The notes: generated by a model from the sequence alone, not told the origin. Counted from the first letter of the stretch, positions 13,095 through 28,317 are shown. The stretch is 64,000 nucleotides of DNA from Eledone cirrhosa (GCA_964016885.1 OZ024741.1:226548001-226612000), one strand, 5' to 3'. Numbers and translations: made by a program.

Positions 13095-14239
13095 TTGCTC
13101 CCTGGTGGAAGGACGGCACATTCAGTTTTTAAATTGCCCCTTGATTTGGCAAAATTGGAAACTCCTACTTGTCATATCACCAAAGACTCCGAAAGGGCTC
13201 ATCTGCTGCGAAGGTGTCACCTTATTGTTTGGGATCAGTGCACAATGGCGCACAAAGGTGCTCTTGAGGCACTAGACAGGTCTTTGCAAGACATACGGGA
13301 TTGCAGTGATGTTATGGGGGGTGTCACCCTTCTGCTATCAGGAGACTTCAGATAGTCTCTTCCTATAATACTGAAAGGAACAAGAGCAGATGCGGTAAAT
13401 GCATGTCTTAAGTCTTCACCATTGTGACATCATTAAGACTAACTACCAACATGCGTGCAAGGTTGCATGGGGACCCTCTGTCATCAACATTTTCTGGAGA
13501 CATTCTTACAATAGGAGATGGTAACCTACCTCCGGATACAGCAATTGATCACATCTGCAATGTAGTTGAAACTGTCGATGATCTCAAGGCGAGTGTATTC
13601 CCGAACTTGCGTGATAACTATACGAATCTTGATTGGCTATGCAAAAGTGCCATTCTTGCACCCAAAAATAACACGGTTAGCTGTATTAACGATCAGCTTC
13701 TTCCTGGATGTCCACGGATATATAAATATATTGATACTGTATGTGATCCACAGGATGCGGTCAATTATCCAGTTGAATTTCTAAATTCTTAAAATCCTCC
13801 TGGTTTACCTCCTAATACATTGGTTCTGAAAGAGGGAACACCAGTTATTTTGCTGAGAAATATCACTCCTCCAAAACTATGCAATGGTACACGCCTTGTG
13901 GTTAAAAAACTGTCTCCACTTAGTATTGACGCTACCATTCTATCCGAATGTGGAAAAGGCGAGGATGTGATAATAACAAAAATTAGCCTGACTACATCAG
14001 GCGTGGATAATCCCTTTTCCTTTCGCCGAACCCAATTTCCCCTTCGTGTTGCCTTTGCGATGTCCATAAACAAGTCGCAAAGTCAAATTCTGTCCGTCGC
14101 TGGAATTCACTTGGATGAACCTTGCTTTTCGCACGAACAATTCTACGTTGCCTGCTCACGAGTTGGCAGTCGAGATAATCTCTTTGCGTTTGTTCCGAAA
14201 AGAAAAACAAAGAATATCGTCTATCCTGAAGTGCTTTAG
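13095..14239 (+). pseudogene. Helitron Pif1-family helicase C-terminal half with in-frame stops
   Basis: PGGRTAHSVFKLP, IVWDQCTM, LLSGDFR, LRLTTNMR, AILAPKN, LCNGTRLVV, QFPLRVAFAMSINKSQ, YVACSRV, TKNIVYPEVL. Confidence 0.92.
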
Positions 14240-14799
14240 TGTTAACAAAAAACTTATTACAGCTCTGGCTTGACTTCACTTTACTCATTACAAAACATAC
14301 CAATGAATATGTCATGCAGGATATTTTTGATTATAAGTTAAAAATTTAACAATATACAGCACAGGATGCTCTCAAAGAATAGATTTTCTCTTATTCTACT
14401 CTCATTGTTTGTTTTTTTTTTGTTTGTATACAACTCTGCTTTCATTACAACTTTTTGTACTTTAGCAAAACTGCCTGTTTTTTTTACAGATTTGCAACGT
14501 GTATTGTCTTTAATCATTTGTATAACTACATCCTGTTCAGTATTGTCCTTCATTATCAGCATAGTTTTATGTGTACAAAGATTGCACTAAATATTCGTTT
14601 GCATTAATTATTGTAGACTTCTGCTTATTTTGACAGGTTGGGGACAAATAATGTTTTTCTTTTACTTCCTAACTGTATATTCTTAGCATAATTTCAAACC
14701 CCGAGCAACGCCAGGTAAATCGGCTAGTTAAGAATATTTTTCAAATAGCATTCACTCCGGCACGGTTATTGTAATGTTTGAATCGCTGAAATTGATTTG

Positions 14800-14903
<104 letters not shown>

Positions 14904-14930
14904 TATATAGATATATAGATATATAGATAT

Positions 14931-15173
14931 ATTAGAAAATAGAATAGCTTTCACCGTATTTTTGACTAAGGGAAGTTTAGCCTGATAATGGGGTTTAGAA
15001 CCCTCAGATAAGTGGAAAAATATGAGTATTGACGTACATACTCATCTTTTTCCACTTATCTGAGGGTTCTAAACCCCATTATCAGGCTAAAATTTCTTTA
15101 GTCAAAAATACGGTGAAAGCTATTCTATTTTCTAATTTCAAACCTGCTCACTGTTTCAAAACACACTTACTTG
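14931..15173. repeat. Asymmetric palindrome (~98-bp arms, 8-nt loop, ~38-nt right extension) within (TA)n
   Basis: ttagaaaatag...atgagtat / atactcat...ctattttctaa. Confidence 0.9.
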
Positions 15174-15237
15174 ATATATATATATATATAATATATATAT
15201 ATATTATATATATATATATTATATATATATATATATT

Positions 15238-15866
15238 ATACGGGATGTTTGTTAACAAACACACCGAGCATTATAATAAATGTTCGGGGAATCCATACGT
15301 GCATATATATATGTGTGCATGTATGTATATATATACATATTACTGTACTTCTGTATACATATATGAATGTACGTGTACATACTTACATTTAAGTAACAGC
15401 CGTACTAAGAGTGGGAAATGAAATTTCGTTTCATTCTTTCCGTTTATCGTTTTCGGTGCAGCCGGCTGATTAACCCACTCGATATGCAAATTGAGCTACT
15501 CAGCCGTTAATATGCATAAGGTAATTATATACGTTCAACAATCTGGCAGGAAGTTATACGTTGCTGACGATAGCTAATAAGCTTGAAACTAGTACAGCGT
15601 TCCTTTGTCAGTGTTGAACAAAGGAACAACGATGGTTGCTGGACACTACGGCTTAATACGGGATGTTTGTTTACAAACACACCGAGCATTATAATAAATG
15701 TTCGGTGAATCCATACATGCATATATATATGTGTGCATGTATGTATATATATATACATACTACTGTACGTCTGTATACATATATGAATGTACGTGTACAT
15801 AGTTATATTTAAGTAAGTAACAGCCATACTAAGAGTGGGAAATGAAATTTCGTTTCAATTTTTTCC

Positions 15867-15870
<4 letters not shown>
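15238..15870 (+). mobile_element. Family A HHR-bearing ~418-bp tandem element (1.5 units)
   Basis: cgggatgtttg recurs at 15241 and 15659; hammerhead at 15558-15600. Confidence 0.85.
15558..15600 (+). ncRNA. Minimal type I hammerhead ribozyme (family A)
   Basis: acgttg-CTGACGA-t-agct-aata-agct-t-GAAAC-ta-GTA-cagcgt; palindromic helix III ACTAGT; predicted cut after 15594. Confidence 0.85.
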
Positions 15871-16434
<564 letters not shown>

Positions 16435-16469
16435 TATATACATATCAATATAAATACATATACATATCA

Positions 16470-16530
<61 letters not shown>

Positions 16531-16533
16531 CGT

Positions 16534-16726
16534 AGGTCCCGGGTTGAGTCGGGGATAACCACAGTAAGTAAGGTACTCAATACATGGCAGAGTAAAATTT
16601 TTTTATTTTATAGAGCTTCTACAGGACTTGTACTGTTTCATTCAGATGAAATCTTCAGGAGCTTCCTGAAGATTTCATCTAAATGAAACAGTACTAGTCC
16701 TGTAGAAGCTCTATAAAATAAAAAAT
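16534..16726. mobile_element. Family D fold-back with hammerhead (16659-16711 plus, mirrored on minus) and ~60-nt left tail
   Basis: gagcttc-CTGAAGA-tttcatctaaat-GAAACAG-tactagtc-CTGTA-gaagctc; inverted copy 16595-16663. Confidence 0.82.
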
Positions 16727-16785
16727 ATATGTATATATATATATATATATATACATACATATATATATATATATATACATACATA

Positions 16786-16987
<202 letters not shown>

Positions 16988-17007
16988 ATATATATATTTA
17001 TATATAT

Positions 17008-17695
17008 AAACGAAAAAAATGAAATTTCGTTTCATTTCCCACAACGTCAGCAACGTATACCTTCCTGCCAGATTGTTGAATGTATATACTTACCTTATGC
17101 ATATTAACGGCTGAGTAGCCCAATCTGCATATCGAGTGGGTTAATCGGCCGGGTGCACCGAAAACGATAAACGGAAAAAATGAAACGAAATTTCATTTCC
17201 CACTCTTAGTACGGCTGTTACTTAAATATAAGTATGTACACGTACATACATACATGTATACAGACGTACAGTAGTATGTATATATATATATACATACATG
17301 CACACATATATATATGTACGTATGGATTCACTGAACATTTATTATAATATTCGGTGTGTTTGTAAACAAACATCCCGTATTAAGCCGAAGTATCTAGCAA
17401 CCATCGTTGCTCGTTTGTTCAACACTGACAATGGAACGCTGTACTAGTTTCAAGCTTATTAGCTATCGTCAGCAACGTATAACTTCCTGCCAGATTGTTG
17501 AACGTATATAATTACCTTATGCATATTAACGGCTGAGTAGCTCAATTTGCATATCGAGTGGGTTAATCAGCCGGCTGCACCGAAAACGATAAACGGAAAG
17601 AATGAAACGAAATTTCATTTCCCACTCTTAGTACGGCTGTTACTTAAATATAAGTATGTACACGTACATACATACATGTATACAGAAGTACAGTA
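17008..17695 (-). mobile_element. Family A tandem units, inverted; intact hammerhead at 17436-17478
   Basis: Reverse complement of the 15238-15870 unit. Confidence 0.85.
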
Positions 17696-18489
17696 CATCG
17701 TCAGACAGCCTGTTACATAATACGGTTATGTTTCCGAGGCAATCCAAATTGAATCGACATGGGAACGGACGAAGTGTGTGCTCTTGGGTTCTTCATCCGT
17801 ACCCTTATGAGTACCAATTCACCCCCACCGGTCTGCGCAGGCGCAGGCCCGAAGGAATTTGATCATTAACTACCGCAGATTTCAACGAAATTCGTCTGGT
17901 CAGTTCCCCCTCTCAACCAAACAATGGGGTACATAGTTATAATTTCCATCACATGGAACAAAACCCCCAAAAAACACCGATATAAAGTACACAAAAGAAA
18001 AAAACACACAAAAAATATCCAATAAATGCAAAAAGACATACAGTACATATATGCAAAATGAGATAGGAGATACAATATGATTGTCAATTTGTCCATATAT
18101 AGATTGAATTGAGGGGGCTTCTGTCCAAATGCAATTTGGTGCAGGAAAATAGGGGTTTATCGATGTTTTTGTTTCCGCGTATTTATCCTGCCGAAAGTTA
18201 TTTTTATGTCCGTCCAGTATCGGGGATTTCCATCCCCATGGTAGAGGGAATTTCCGGGTGTAGCTGGTGGCTGGTTCCTCTCTTCTCCACTATATCGGTT
18301 ACATCATAGAACGCTCAACTAATTGGAGCTAAATTCTTAGGGTAAATATTGATGCAATTCAATTCAAGCACTCAACGTACTTATTCCACATAGGAGTGAC
18401 GGAGTAAATATCGAATAAGGAAAAGCCAAGTAATTTCAGATGTTCAAGTCCTTTAATATTAATAATGCTGTGATATATATTTTAATGGC

Positions 18490-18493
<4 letters not shown>
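17696..18493 (-). mobile_element. Family B monomer (internally deleted, ~0.8 kb) that begins and ends inside its hammerhead
   Basis: Homologous to 41355-43045; left end catcgtcagacagc is the 5' core half, right end gctgtgatatatattttaatggcgaca is the 3' half. Confidence 0.75.
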
Positions 18494-18540
<47 letters not shown>

Positions 18541-18542
<2 letters not shown>

Positions 18543-18733
18543 CGAAGGAGATGTGGTAAGGAACCAGATGGACCATAACGCACCAGAGTACTCAATACTT
18601 AGGGTAGTAGAGTGGGTAATAGGAAAAAATATGACCCCGACGGCAGAGCTCAAGCCGTTTCGACGGCTATTTCTGGACTGAAATAGCCGTCGAAACGGCT
18701 TGAGCTCTGCCGTCGGGGTCATACTTTATCCTA
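18541..18733. mobile_element. Family E mini fold-back (tail plus palindrome of the hammerhead 3' half)
   Basis: 18541-18680 matches 32091-32228; arms 18631-18672 / 18681-18722. Confidence 0.85.
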
Positions 18734-18764
<31 letters not shown>

Positions 18765-18876
18765 GTGTGTGTGTGTGTGTACATATATACATATAGCTTA
18801 ATGCTATTGTTGGTTCACCAACTTGAGCACTTTAATTATATATATATGTGTGTAAATAAATATATATATATGTGTG

Positions 18877-18980
<104 letters not shown>

Positions 18981-19359
18981 TATACAAATTGTGAATGTAC
19001 TCAACGTCAACAGTATTTTTAATACTTTTCCTATACAGTCATTTTTTCGAATGGTAGTGTATATTATGTTAGCAAGAGTATCATGCTGTGGAGGAAGTAA
19101 ATATATTAATCACATTTCCGAGAAGATGGCGTTCTAACTAAAACATCTACTTTCACACACATAATTCTGTGTGTATGTATTTATGTGTGTATGCAGTTAT
19201 GCGTGTTTATTTTATAAATATGAATGTGTTTATGATGCATAACGTATCTATCTACGTATTTATCTATCTGTCTATCTATCTATTTGTCTATCTATTTATT
19301 TATCTATCTAACTATCTATTTCCTCCTCTCTCTCCCCCTCTCTCGCTCTGTCTCTCTCA

Positions 19360-19426
<67 letters not shown>

Positions 19427-19433
<7 letters not shown>

Positions 19434-19945
19434 ATGCTTTGGGAGGGTCATGTTGCCAATAAGAAACACACGCACCAGTTGCTTTCACTCCAATTTATTA
19501 TAAATTAAATTATAAATTTAAAAAATTAATAAATTTCCGGTTGGCTGGTTGGTTCCACAACCGGACGGTTGTTCATATATTGTCAAAGTTCTTTCGTCAC
19601 ACATTCTGTGACCTCTTCAGTGACACACAAAAATAAGATGGCGTAGGACAGCGCAAAGGAGAGGCACAAAACAAAGAAAAGAATCCCCAGTCATTGAAGA
19701 GGTCACAGAATGTGTGACGAAAGAACTTTGACAATATATGAACAACCGTCCGGTTGTGGAACCAACCAGCCAACCGGAAATTTATAATTTTTTTTAATTT
19801 ATAATTTAATTTATAATAAATTGGAGTGAAAGCAACTGGTGCGTGTGTTTCTTATTGGCAGCATGACCCTCCCAAAGTATAACAATATCGGTTTCAACAC
19901 ACGTTTTAAGATAAAGAATCTTGCTAAACAAATTCAGAAACGAAA
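19427..19945. mobile_element. Family F fold-back (~197-bp arms, 65-bp spacer, 57-nt right tail); hammerhead intact at 19581-19625 minus, C3-to-U in the plus copy
   Basis: tgtca-CTGAAGA-g-gtcaca-gaatg-tgtgac-GAAAG-aa-CTT-tgaca on the minus strand. Confidence 0.82.
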
Positions 19946-20659
19946 TATATATATATAATTGGCAGTAGCACTAATACAGCGTTTGGGCATAATATAAGTG
20001 TGTATGAAATTATATACTATATGTGTATCTACAATAAACATATTAGTAGCCTCGCTATAAAAGTAAAGGTAAAACATTTTTTCTCTATTTTTTCTCTGTG
20101 AGCACGTCCCAGAGTGTCAGTAGTTATCTAGAATGCCATACACCGCTGTTTTAAGACTCGTTAATATTTTATCATTGACATACACCCAACTGGTGTTGAC
20201 ATGTAAATAGACTATAATCTATATAGTTGTTTCTCCATTTTCTCTGCAAAACCTGGAGCTTATAACGTTAAAACACTTTTGCACTCCACAATTAAGAAAC
20301 CCCAGAAATATCTTCTGAATTTCCTAGTGCACGTGAAATCTATATGATAATCCAATGAGTTGCACCACAATAACCTGGTTTGTTGGCAGCAGAACTATTA
20401 TCTACGCTAACTTACCAAAGAGATGTATGCACAGACTTTTGAGATTCTAAACAAAAGAGATTGCGTCGAAGTTTAAACACAAGAGCATACATTTACTAAA
20501 CAAAATGCTTCCTTCAACTACCAACATGTAACGGAACCCGGATGTGCGACAAACATATTAATAACAATCATAGCAGTAATCTTCACCATATCGCCTCCAT
20601 TCACCACCACCAAACCAGTTATTTATAGTTATACTGGTATATAAACATACGGTTGTATA

Positions 20660-20950
20660 AACATGCTGGCTTTGCGTTGTGTTATTGAGCAAAACACTTT
20701 ATTTCACGTTGCTCTAGTTCACTCTGCTGTAGAGATGTGTTGCCACGTCACTGGTGCTGCCAAGCTGTATCAGTCTTTACCTTTACCTTGGACAACATGA
20801 GTGGCGTGGAGAGGTGAGGTTAGTATGCATGGGCGACTGCTGGTCTTCCACAAACAACCTTGCCCGGAGTTGTGCCTCGAAGGGGAACATTCTAGCATTC
20901 TAGGTTCAAATCCCATAGTCATTCGTGACCGAAGGGGGTCTTTACCCTTT
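20660..20950 (+). mobile_element. SINE-like fragment with a CORE-domain-like stretch
   Basis: ttgagcaaaacacttt...tgctctagttcac..gctgtagagatg resembles the CORE-SINE central domain; judged from memory, not aligned. Confidence 0.4.
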
Positions 20951-21095
20951 TAGTAGTTGAAATGGTTATATTGGAAGGCAGCGATTACAGTGGTTGGGAA
21001 TCGTCAAACAGTTTGGTTTTCGTTACAGTGGGTGGTTATGATTATATTGGTTGACTGTGGTTAGAATAATTTGGTTATGACTACAATGGTTAATA

Positions 21096-21287
21096 ATTGT
21101 TTCTACTTTTGGCACAAGGCCAGCAATTATCCCAGTGTATTACTGGTACTTTATTTTATCGACCCCATAAGGATGAAAGGCAAAGTTAACCTCGGCGGGA
21201 TTTGAACTCAGTCCTCCGTAAAGGGACGTAACTTTGCTGCAAAGCATGGCGTCCGACCCTCTACCGATACTGCCAATCCACCGCCCT
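21096..21287 (-). mobile_element. Young tRNA-derived SINE (short subfamily)
   Basis: Full head-core-tail; TSD tacaatggttaataat on both sides. Confidence 0.9.
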
Positions 21288-21599
21288 TACAATGGTTAAT
21301 AATAGTGAATTTTGTTGGTTAGCTGTGGTTACATTATTTGGTAATCGTTAAACTGCCTGGCTGTGGTTATAATAGGTGGTTAAAATATTTGGTTATGGCT
21401 ACACTGGTTAATTATATTTATTTGTATTAGCTGGCTGTGATTCCAGTGGTTAAAATAATTATACTGATTCCGCTGTATATATATTTACTTGTTGGCTGTA
21501 CACAAGTTTGGTTTATTTGCCATTTTTTCTGTTTATTTTTATTTTTGTCCAATCAAAGTGAACACAGTATTAGATTATTGAACGTATTATTTTCTAAGA

Positions 21600-22030
21600 A
21601 GGCGGTGGATTGGCAGTATCGGTATAGGGTCAGACGCCATGCTTTGCAGCATAGAGTTACGACCCTTTATGATCTGAGTTCAAATTCCTTCGAGGTTAAC
21701 TTTGCCTTTCATCCTTACGGGCTCGATAAAATAAAGTACCAGTAATGCATTGGAGTCCATTTAATCGACTTATCCCTCCCCAAAAATTGCTGGTCTTGTG
21801 CCTATATAAGAAACCATTATTTTCTAAGATGGCGGTGGATTGGTAGTACCGGTAGACATCGGACAAAACGGTTCGCGTACTTAGTTTTGATTTTCTATGT
21901 TTTGAGTTCAAATCCCGCCAAGGTTAACTTTTCATTTCATAAAATACATCACCAGTCACGCACTGAGGTAGATATAATCGACTCTCTTCCTCCACACAAA
22001 TTGCTGTCATTGTGGTATTGTTAGAAAAAT
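21600..22030 (+). mobile_element. Two tandem tRNA-derived SINEs (21600-21815 and older 21830-22030)
   Basis: Both start ggcggtggattgg; attattttctaaga precedes each, so it is a likely TSD of the first. Confidence 0.85.
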
Positions 22031-22810
22031 CAATTTCTAACATGGTAGAGTGTAATTTCATTAAGGCTTCGTTACTGAGCAGAAGTGCTCCCTTTGGTAA
22101 AATTTATGATACGTAGTTGAGATTACACTCATTGCCTATGAGGCTCTATATTTCATGTCGACTCAACTGGCCAAACGAGTTGTATCTATAATTCAAAGAA
22201 CCAGCCATGTAACATATTGTGTCACGCTGAATCTCCCTGAGAATTACGTTAAAGATACACACCTCTGTAGACCACTCATGCTGTTCCCTTGATCGAATGA
22301 ACTGAAACACGCGCCGTTGGAACATACCAAGTTTCCAACACAAGATTTCAGTAACTTTACTGAACAGCCATAGCTATTTTCGTTCAGTCCATTATTTTCC
22401 CTTCAACTAGATGGGAACTACGTTAAGAATACACGTGTCTGTGCAATACAATGCTAATTTATTTGGACATTAATTTCACGAGCAGGCTGTTCCGTTGATC
22501 GAATCAACTGGATCCTCGACGTCACAACCGACGGAGGTTCGATTATGTGTGTACGTGTATTTGTGATATATGTGTGAGTGTGACTGAGTAAATGTGAATG
22601 AGTGCGTTTGTAGTGATATGGCATTTAAAGAGTGTGTGCGTATATATATATGTGTGTGTGTGTGTGTGAAAGAGATAGATAGATGGAGAGAGAGAGAGAG
22701 GAAGCGGAAGAGGCAAAGCGATTGAGGAGGTGAAAGAAGAAATAAGAGACGGATTATGATTCATGAGCGTAACATAGGAAGAGAAGAGGGAGAGAGGGAG
22801 AGAGAGAGTT

Positions 22811-22885
<75 letters not shown>

Positions 22886-23773
22886 TCTGTGTGTATGTAC
22901 TTGAGTATACATTCGTGTATGTGAGTAAAAGGGGAAATAAAAATGTGGAAGTACCGGTACTGAGCGGAATTATATGTGTATATACGTGTAATGTGTGAAT
23001 ATATTATGTATTTGTGTATATATATATCACGTGTGCATGTGTGTTATAGACACACACACATATATATATATAGAGAGAGAGAGAGGGAAGGAGGGAGAGA
23101 GGGAGGGGGATAGATAGAGAGAATGAAAGAGAGATAGGGGGGGTAGATAGAGAGGGTGAAAGAGAGAGAGAGAGTGCGAAAGAGAGAGGGGGAGAGAGAA
23201 ACAGACAGACAAAGTGGAGGTTTTTCAACTACTAAATTCCATTGACTCCCATTAATGCGTTGTTGCAGCACCTGAATATCAGGGTAGATATATTGATTGT
23301 ACCCTGCAGCCACTGTCCATCTCTACCCATATCATTTTAGTGTTTCACCATTGTCTATCAGGCTACTCGTATCTCTCTAGGGGATTGTAATATTCTCTAC
23401 CCCTATTGCGTCAGTTATATAACACCGTCTACTGATATTATGTCAATGTTATAACCATCTACCCGTATTATGGCTATGGAAGAGGCTGCGCACCTTCACA
23501 CACACACACACACACACGCGCGCACATACACACACACATAAATATATATATATATATATAAAAAAAGGCTCATTAGGCTGGTGTTTATTCCGGTTTCATG
23601 AAGTGAAGCGACTGATGATAAGTCCAACACCCTTACCAGGCAACCTGCCTCCACATATATATATATATATGTGTTTGTGTGTGTGTGTATAGATATATAT
23701 ATGTGTGTGTGTATATATATGTATGTATGTATATATATATGTATATATGTATGTATGCATATTTACATATATG

Positions 23774-23825
<52 letters not shown>

Positions 23826-23829
<4 letters not shown>

Positions 23830-24149
23830 TATGTATGTATACGTATGTATACGTACATACATATATGTATAGAGACGTATATATATATATATATACATAC
23901 ATGCAGACATATATATATATGTACGTATGGGTTTACCGAACATTTATTATAATGTTCGGTTTGTTTGTAAACATACAGCCCGAATTACGCCGTACAGTGT
24001 TCAGGCAACCATCGTCGCCATTTTTTTTTTGTTCAACACTGACACAGGAACGATGTACTAGTTTCAAGCTTATTAGCTATCGTCAGCATCGTATACCTTC
24101 CAGCCGTACTAAGAGTGAGAAATGAAATTTCGTTTCATTCTTTTCCATT

Positions 24150-24150
<1 letters not shown>
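23826..24150 (-). mobile_element. Diverged family A unit with hammerhead at 24050-24092
   Basis: Helix I acgatg/catcgt, compensatory relative to acgttg/caacgt; core intact. Confidence 0.8.
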
Positions 24151-24242
<92 letters not shown>

Positions 24243-24441
24243 TAGATAGATAGATATACATGTGTGTGTGTGTGTGTGTTCGAGAGTGTATGTTTTGTGT
24301 CTGAAAATAAACATGATGCATGTGGTTTTTCGGGGATAATAGTATAGAGTTGCGTGATTGCTCTCCATTAGTCTACAGATTAACATATTTTTATTTTGTC
24401 CACTGTAACAACCGTAAAACAATGAATTAAGTACTACACAT

Positions 24442-24525
<84 letters not shown>

Positions 24526-24844
24526 ATATATATATATATATATATATATAAACATAAAGATGTGTGGCAAGTGCTCAATGATTCAGATGAACCAGAGCTA
24601 TAACAAACGTTAAAGGCCAAACACACTGAGACGATGGTTAAACAATCATTCGCATAGCCCCCCCCCCCCAAAAAAAACGATCAAGTAATTTGGGTATTGA
24701 AAATTTACCCGGACCCCTGGAAGGTTGGTAAAATCCAGTATTTGGGTTTCTGCGGCTCCTAAATCAAGTCTTGTCCACTTACATAAATAATGTTAGGCTT
24801 CTGGTAAGATGATTGAACAAGGAAGCCACATATATATCTATCTA

Positions 24845-24919
<75 letters not shown>

Positions 24920-25347
24920 TTATACATTTACTTACATATATATATATATATATGATGACTGCCCCCTCGTTATCGAGTATGGCCATTGCATGATATACCA
25001 TTATTAATAATTATTAATTAATTCTATCGTGCAATGCCTGTTCGTGAAGATATCTTTTAAAGTGAGGAAAAACTGGGCACTGAGCAAATCCCACTCTCTG
25101 AGCGACAGTAGCTATAATAATGTTGACTGCTTACTAAATCGTAGACACATAAACTAATAACACACATACACATTAGATAACACTACATGCGGCTTTGACC
25201 GGGAGGGTCATTTAGAGGGAATTGGGGGGAGGGGTGACACAGCCCCACTTTCCACCATGGCGATTGGACTGCATGCTCTGCTTTCCAGGTTACCCTTCGC
25301 TACTGATGTATATATATAGAGAGAGAGAGGGAGAGAGAGAGATAGAG

Positions 25348-25379
<32 letters not shown>

Positions 25380-25384
25380 ATAGA

Positions 25385-25453
<69 letters not shown>

Positions 25454-25454
25454 T

Positions 25455-26587
25455 ATGGAAGATGAAAGAATTTCAATCTTATGGAGTGGTTTGTACCGTG
25501 ATGATGGTCTTTTGACTATGACTAAGTGCGGTCCACGTGCTTGCGACAGGTTCAGAAAAGAACTCACAGCCTTCTTTAAAGGCTTCAACCTCTCCATACA
25601 GGTTGAAGCCAACCTCTCAATCGTTAATTACCTCGACGTTACCCTCAATTTATCGAATGGCTTGTATTACCCGTATAGAAAGCCGAATGATACGCTTAAT
25701 TACATAAGTAAGCATTCTAACCATCCTGCCAGCATAACCAAGAACCTGGTAAGAAACGTTTCTTTGAGGCTTTCCCGTCTATCTACTAACGAGCATATTT
25801 TCAACGCCTATTCCACATATTACAATGAAGCTCTTGCTCGGAGTGGATTTGTCGATAAGGTAGCATATACAGAGTACGAGAATAGACCTAGAAGAAATAG
25901 ATCCCGACGCATTATATGGTATAACCCACCATATAATATGGAGGTGATCACACCATTAGCTAAGATCTTTCTCTCCCTTATTACGAAGCATTTTCCACCT
26001 ACACATAAATATAGTAAAATTGTTAATAGAAATACTATCAAAATGTCTTACTCTACGACTTCTAACCTTGCACATAACATCACAGCTTAAAATTTAGCTA
26101 AACTACCTAGCCGTAGGAACACGTGCAACTCTGTAGTTAGTACTAACTGTAATTGTAGAAATCGGGTTGATTGCCCCCTATCCGGGAAATGCCTCTCTAG
26201 TAACATTGTCTACAAACGTAAGGTTGAAACACCCACGTCCCGTAGGGCCTACATAGGGTTAACCGCCAATAGATTCAAGCCAGTCTTTACATGCATACCC
26301 ATTCTTTTCGTTACCCTCTAAGAAGGAATATGACGTCACTTTCAGCTTATATCTGGAGACTAAAAGACAACCACACCCAATATAAGTTACACTGGGAGAT
26401 CCTAGCTAGGGCTAGATCGTATAACGGAAATAAAAGACCATGTGACCTCTGCGCCGCTGAGGCCCTGGTAATACTCTACGCCACAGACCACTACTTAAAC
26501 AAAAAATCTGAGGCAATTTCGTCTTGTAAACATAAATTGCACAAAACTTTCCTGTATTACAGCCCCACATTATACCCTAACGGATAG
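25455..26587 (+). pseudogene. Penelope-like element: RT C-terminus plus GIY-YIG endonuclease, 5'-truncated, with stop and frameshift
   Basis: LYRDDGL, YLDVTL, PYRKPND, HSNHP, WYNPPY, NTIKMSYST, CNC..CPLSGKC, IVY..YIG, CDLC, CKH. Confidence 0.9.
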
Positions 26588-27462
26588 TACGATCTATACG
26601 CGGATATTCTACGTCTTGATGTGGTAGCTAAGTATATGTTATGTTTATACCATTACTTATTTGCATAGGTAAGTATATATTACCTGTATGTTTTGTGAAG
26701 GTACGTATACTTTCTCGTACGTATATTTGAGTGTATATGTTATGGCGTATATTTTATATATTCTGGTACATATGCTTTTGGTTATGTGTATACGTGAGTT
26801 TTGCATCTGTGTGAGTATGCGGGTTCGTACGTATGTAGGGTGTGTGTATATGTGTACTTCGTGTTTTTGGTTGACGTACGTCTCCGAACATATGTGTATT
26901 TACATGTAGGTATGTGTGTGCGCTTGTTATATACGTTTATTTAAATATTTGTATACACGCACACAAACACATATTTATATGTGTGTGTATTTGTATACCT
27001 ATGGCGAGTGTTTTCGCGTATGCCTGTGTATGTACGTATATGAATGCGTGTATGTATTTATTTAATTTCAATTACCTCTGTAGTTTATTTACTTTATTCT
27101 TAACTCTGAAGCCGAGAATCATTCGGTTTCCTAGTTAGAATTTTAGTCTACGACTTCAGTTATACCATTTATGTGGTTTTGTCTTTGCGTGCAATTGTTC
27201 TCCACCATCCACATATGACGTATTATCTTCGTTTTTTCCGTTCATTGCCAGAGAACGTCTCCATGAACCACCTAAGAGAATATTAGTCTACGACTTCTTT
27301 CATACCATAAACGTGGTTTTGTCTTTGCGTGTAATTGTTTTTCACCGCTCCTATTAATGACGTATTATATTCGTGTTTTCCCGTTCTTTGCCAGGGAACG
27401 TTTCCACGAACCAAAGTATCGTCTTCCTGTCTTCCTCCGGTTGCAACGTTTTTTGAAATATT

Positions 27463-27630
27463 CCGGGTTGAATCGGCGGTAACCACAATAAGTAAGGTAC
27501 TCATACAAGCAGAGTATAAAAGTTTTAATATAGATGAGCTTCTACAGGACTAGAACTGTTTCATTCGTAAGAAATCATTGATTTCTCACGAATGAAACAG
27601 TTCTAGTCCTGTAGAAGCTCTTTTATATTA
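27463..27630. mobile_element. Family D fold-back with its apex inside the hammerhead core
   Basis: Same left tail as 16534; arms gagcttctacaggactagaactgtttcattcg / cgaatgaaacagttctagtcctgtagaagctc. Confidence 0.8.
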
Positions 27631-27781
27631 TATATTTGTAAATCAGTGGCTAGTTGAGAGATAGAGTCCTATCGGGTGCCAGTTGCTAATAGCTTTAACG
27701 TGTCAGTCGTCACAAACAGTCATGGCCGGCATAGGCTGGTCCTAGGTTTCTGTCGATCGATTGGTTATTGATTAGGCGATA

Positions 27782-27891
27782 CCCGCTGATGAAGCCGCAT
27801 AAGCCGATTGTGCATTGTTGCATAATATATGCAGACAGATGGTGCAGTGCACCTTACTGGTGCATTAGTGCGGCAGAAACTCGAGTCCGGG
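27782..27891 (+). ncRNA. Type I hammerhead (family H) with a long branched helix II
   Basis: cccg-CTGATGA-a-gccgca...tgcggc-a-GAAAC-tcga-GTC-cggg; palindromic helix III ACTCGAGT. Confidence 0.8.
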
Positions 27892-28039
27892 AACATTATA
27901 GGCACCCGTTTTACGTGTGTTGTGTTGAAGCAAATAACTTTGTGTATACTCTGGGAATGTATCTTACATTGTCCATGGAGTGCGCTGAGATACAACCGGT
28001 ACTGGCACTGATAAATATGCTGGGTCCGTCAACCCTTAC

Positions 28040-28172
<133 letters not shown>

Positions 28173-28317
28173 GAGTAAGAAATGTGTGTTTGGTACACGT
28201 CTAACTATCTATCTATCTATCTCTCCAACAGGGGCTAAAACATGCGGCCCGCGAACTACTTTTCTATGGCCCGTGGTAGAACCAATATTTCAGATTCCAT
28301 TATAACAGGTGAAAATA

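Larger units (their letters stand above)
12310..14727 (+). mobile_element. Helitron, internally deleted (no Rep domain), non-autonomous
   Basis: A|TC 5' end at 12310; subterminal hairpin acccgagcaacgccaggt and CTAG|T 3' end at 14727; Pif1-like helicase remnants inside. Confidence 0.88.

Noticed and set aside
14931-15135. Hammerhead in this palindrome (ctgataa)
   Set aside because: No correctly placed GAAA or helix III; kept only as a palindrome
22090-22550. Possible DNA-transposon relic
   Set aside because: No terminal repeats or catalytic motif that I can support
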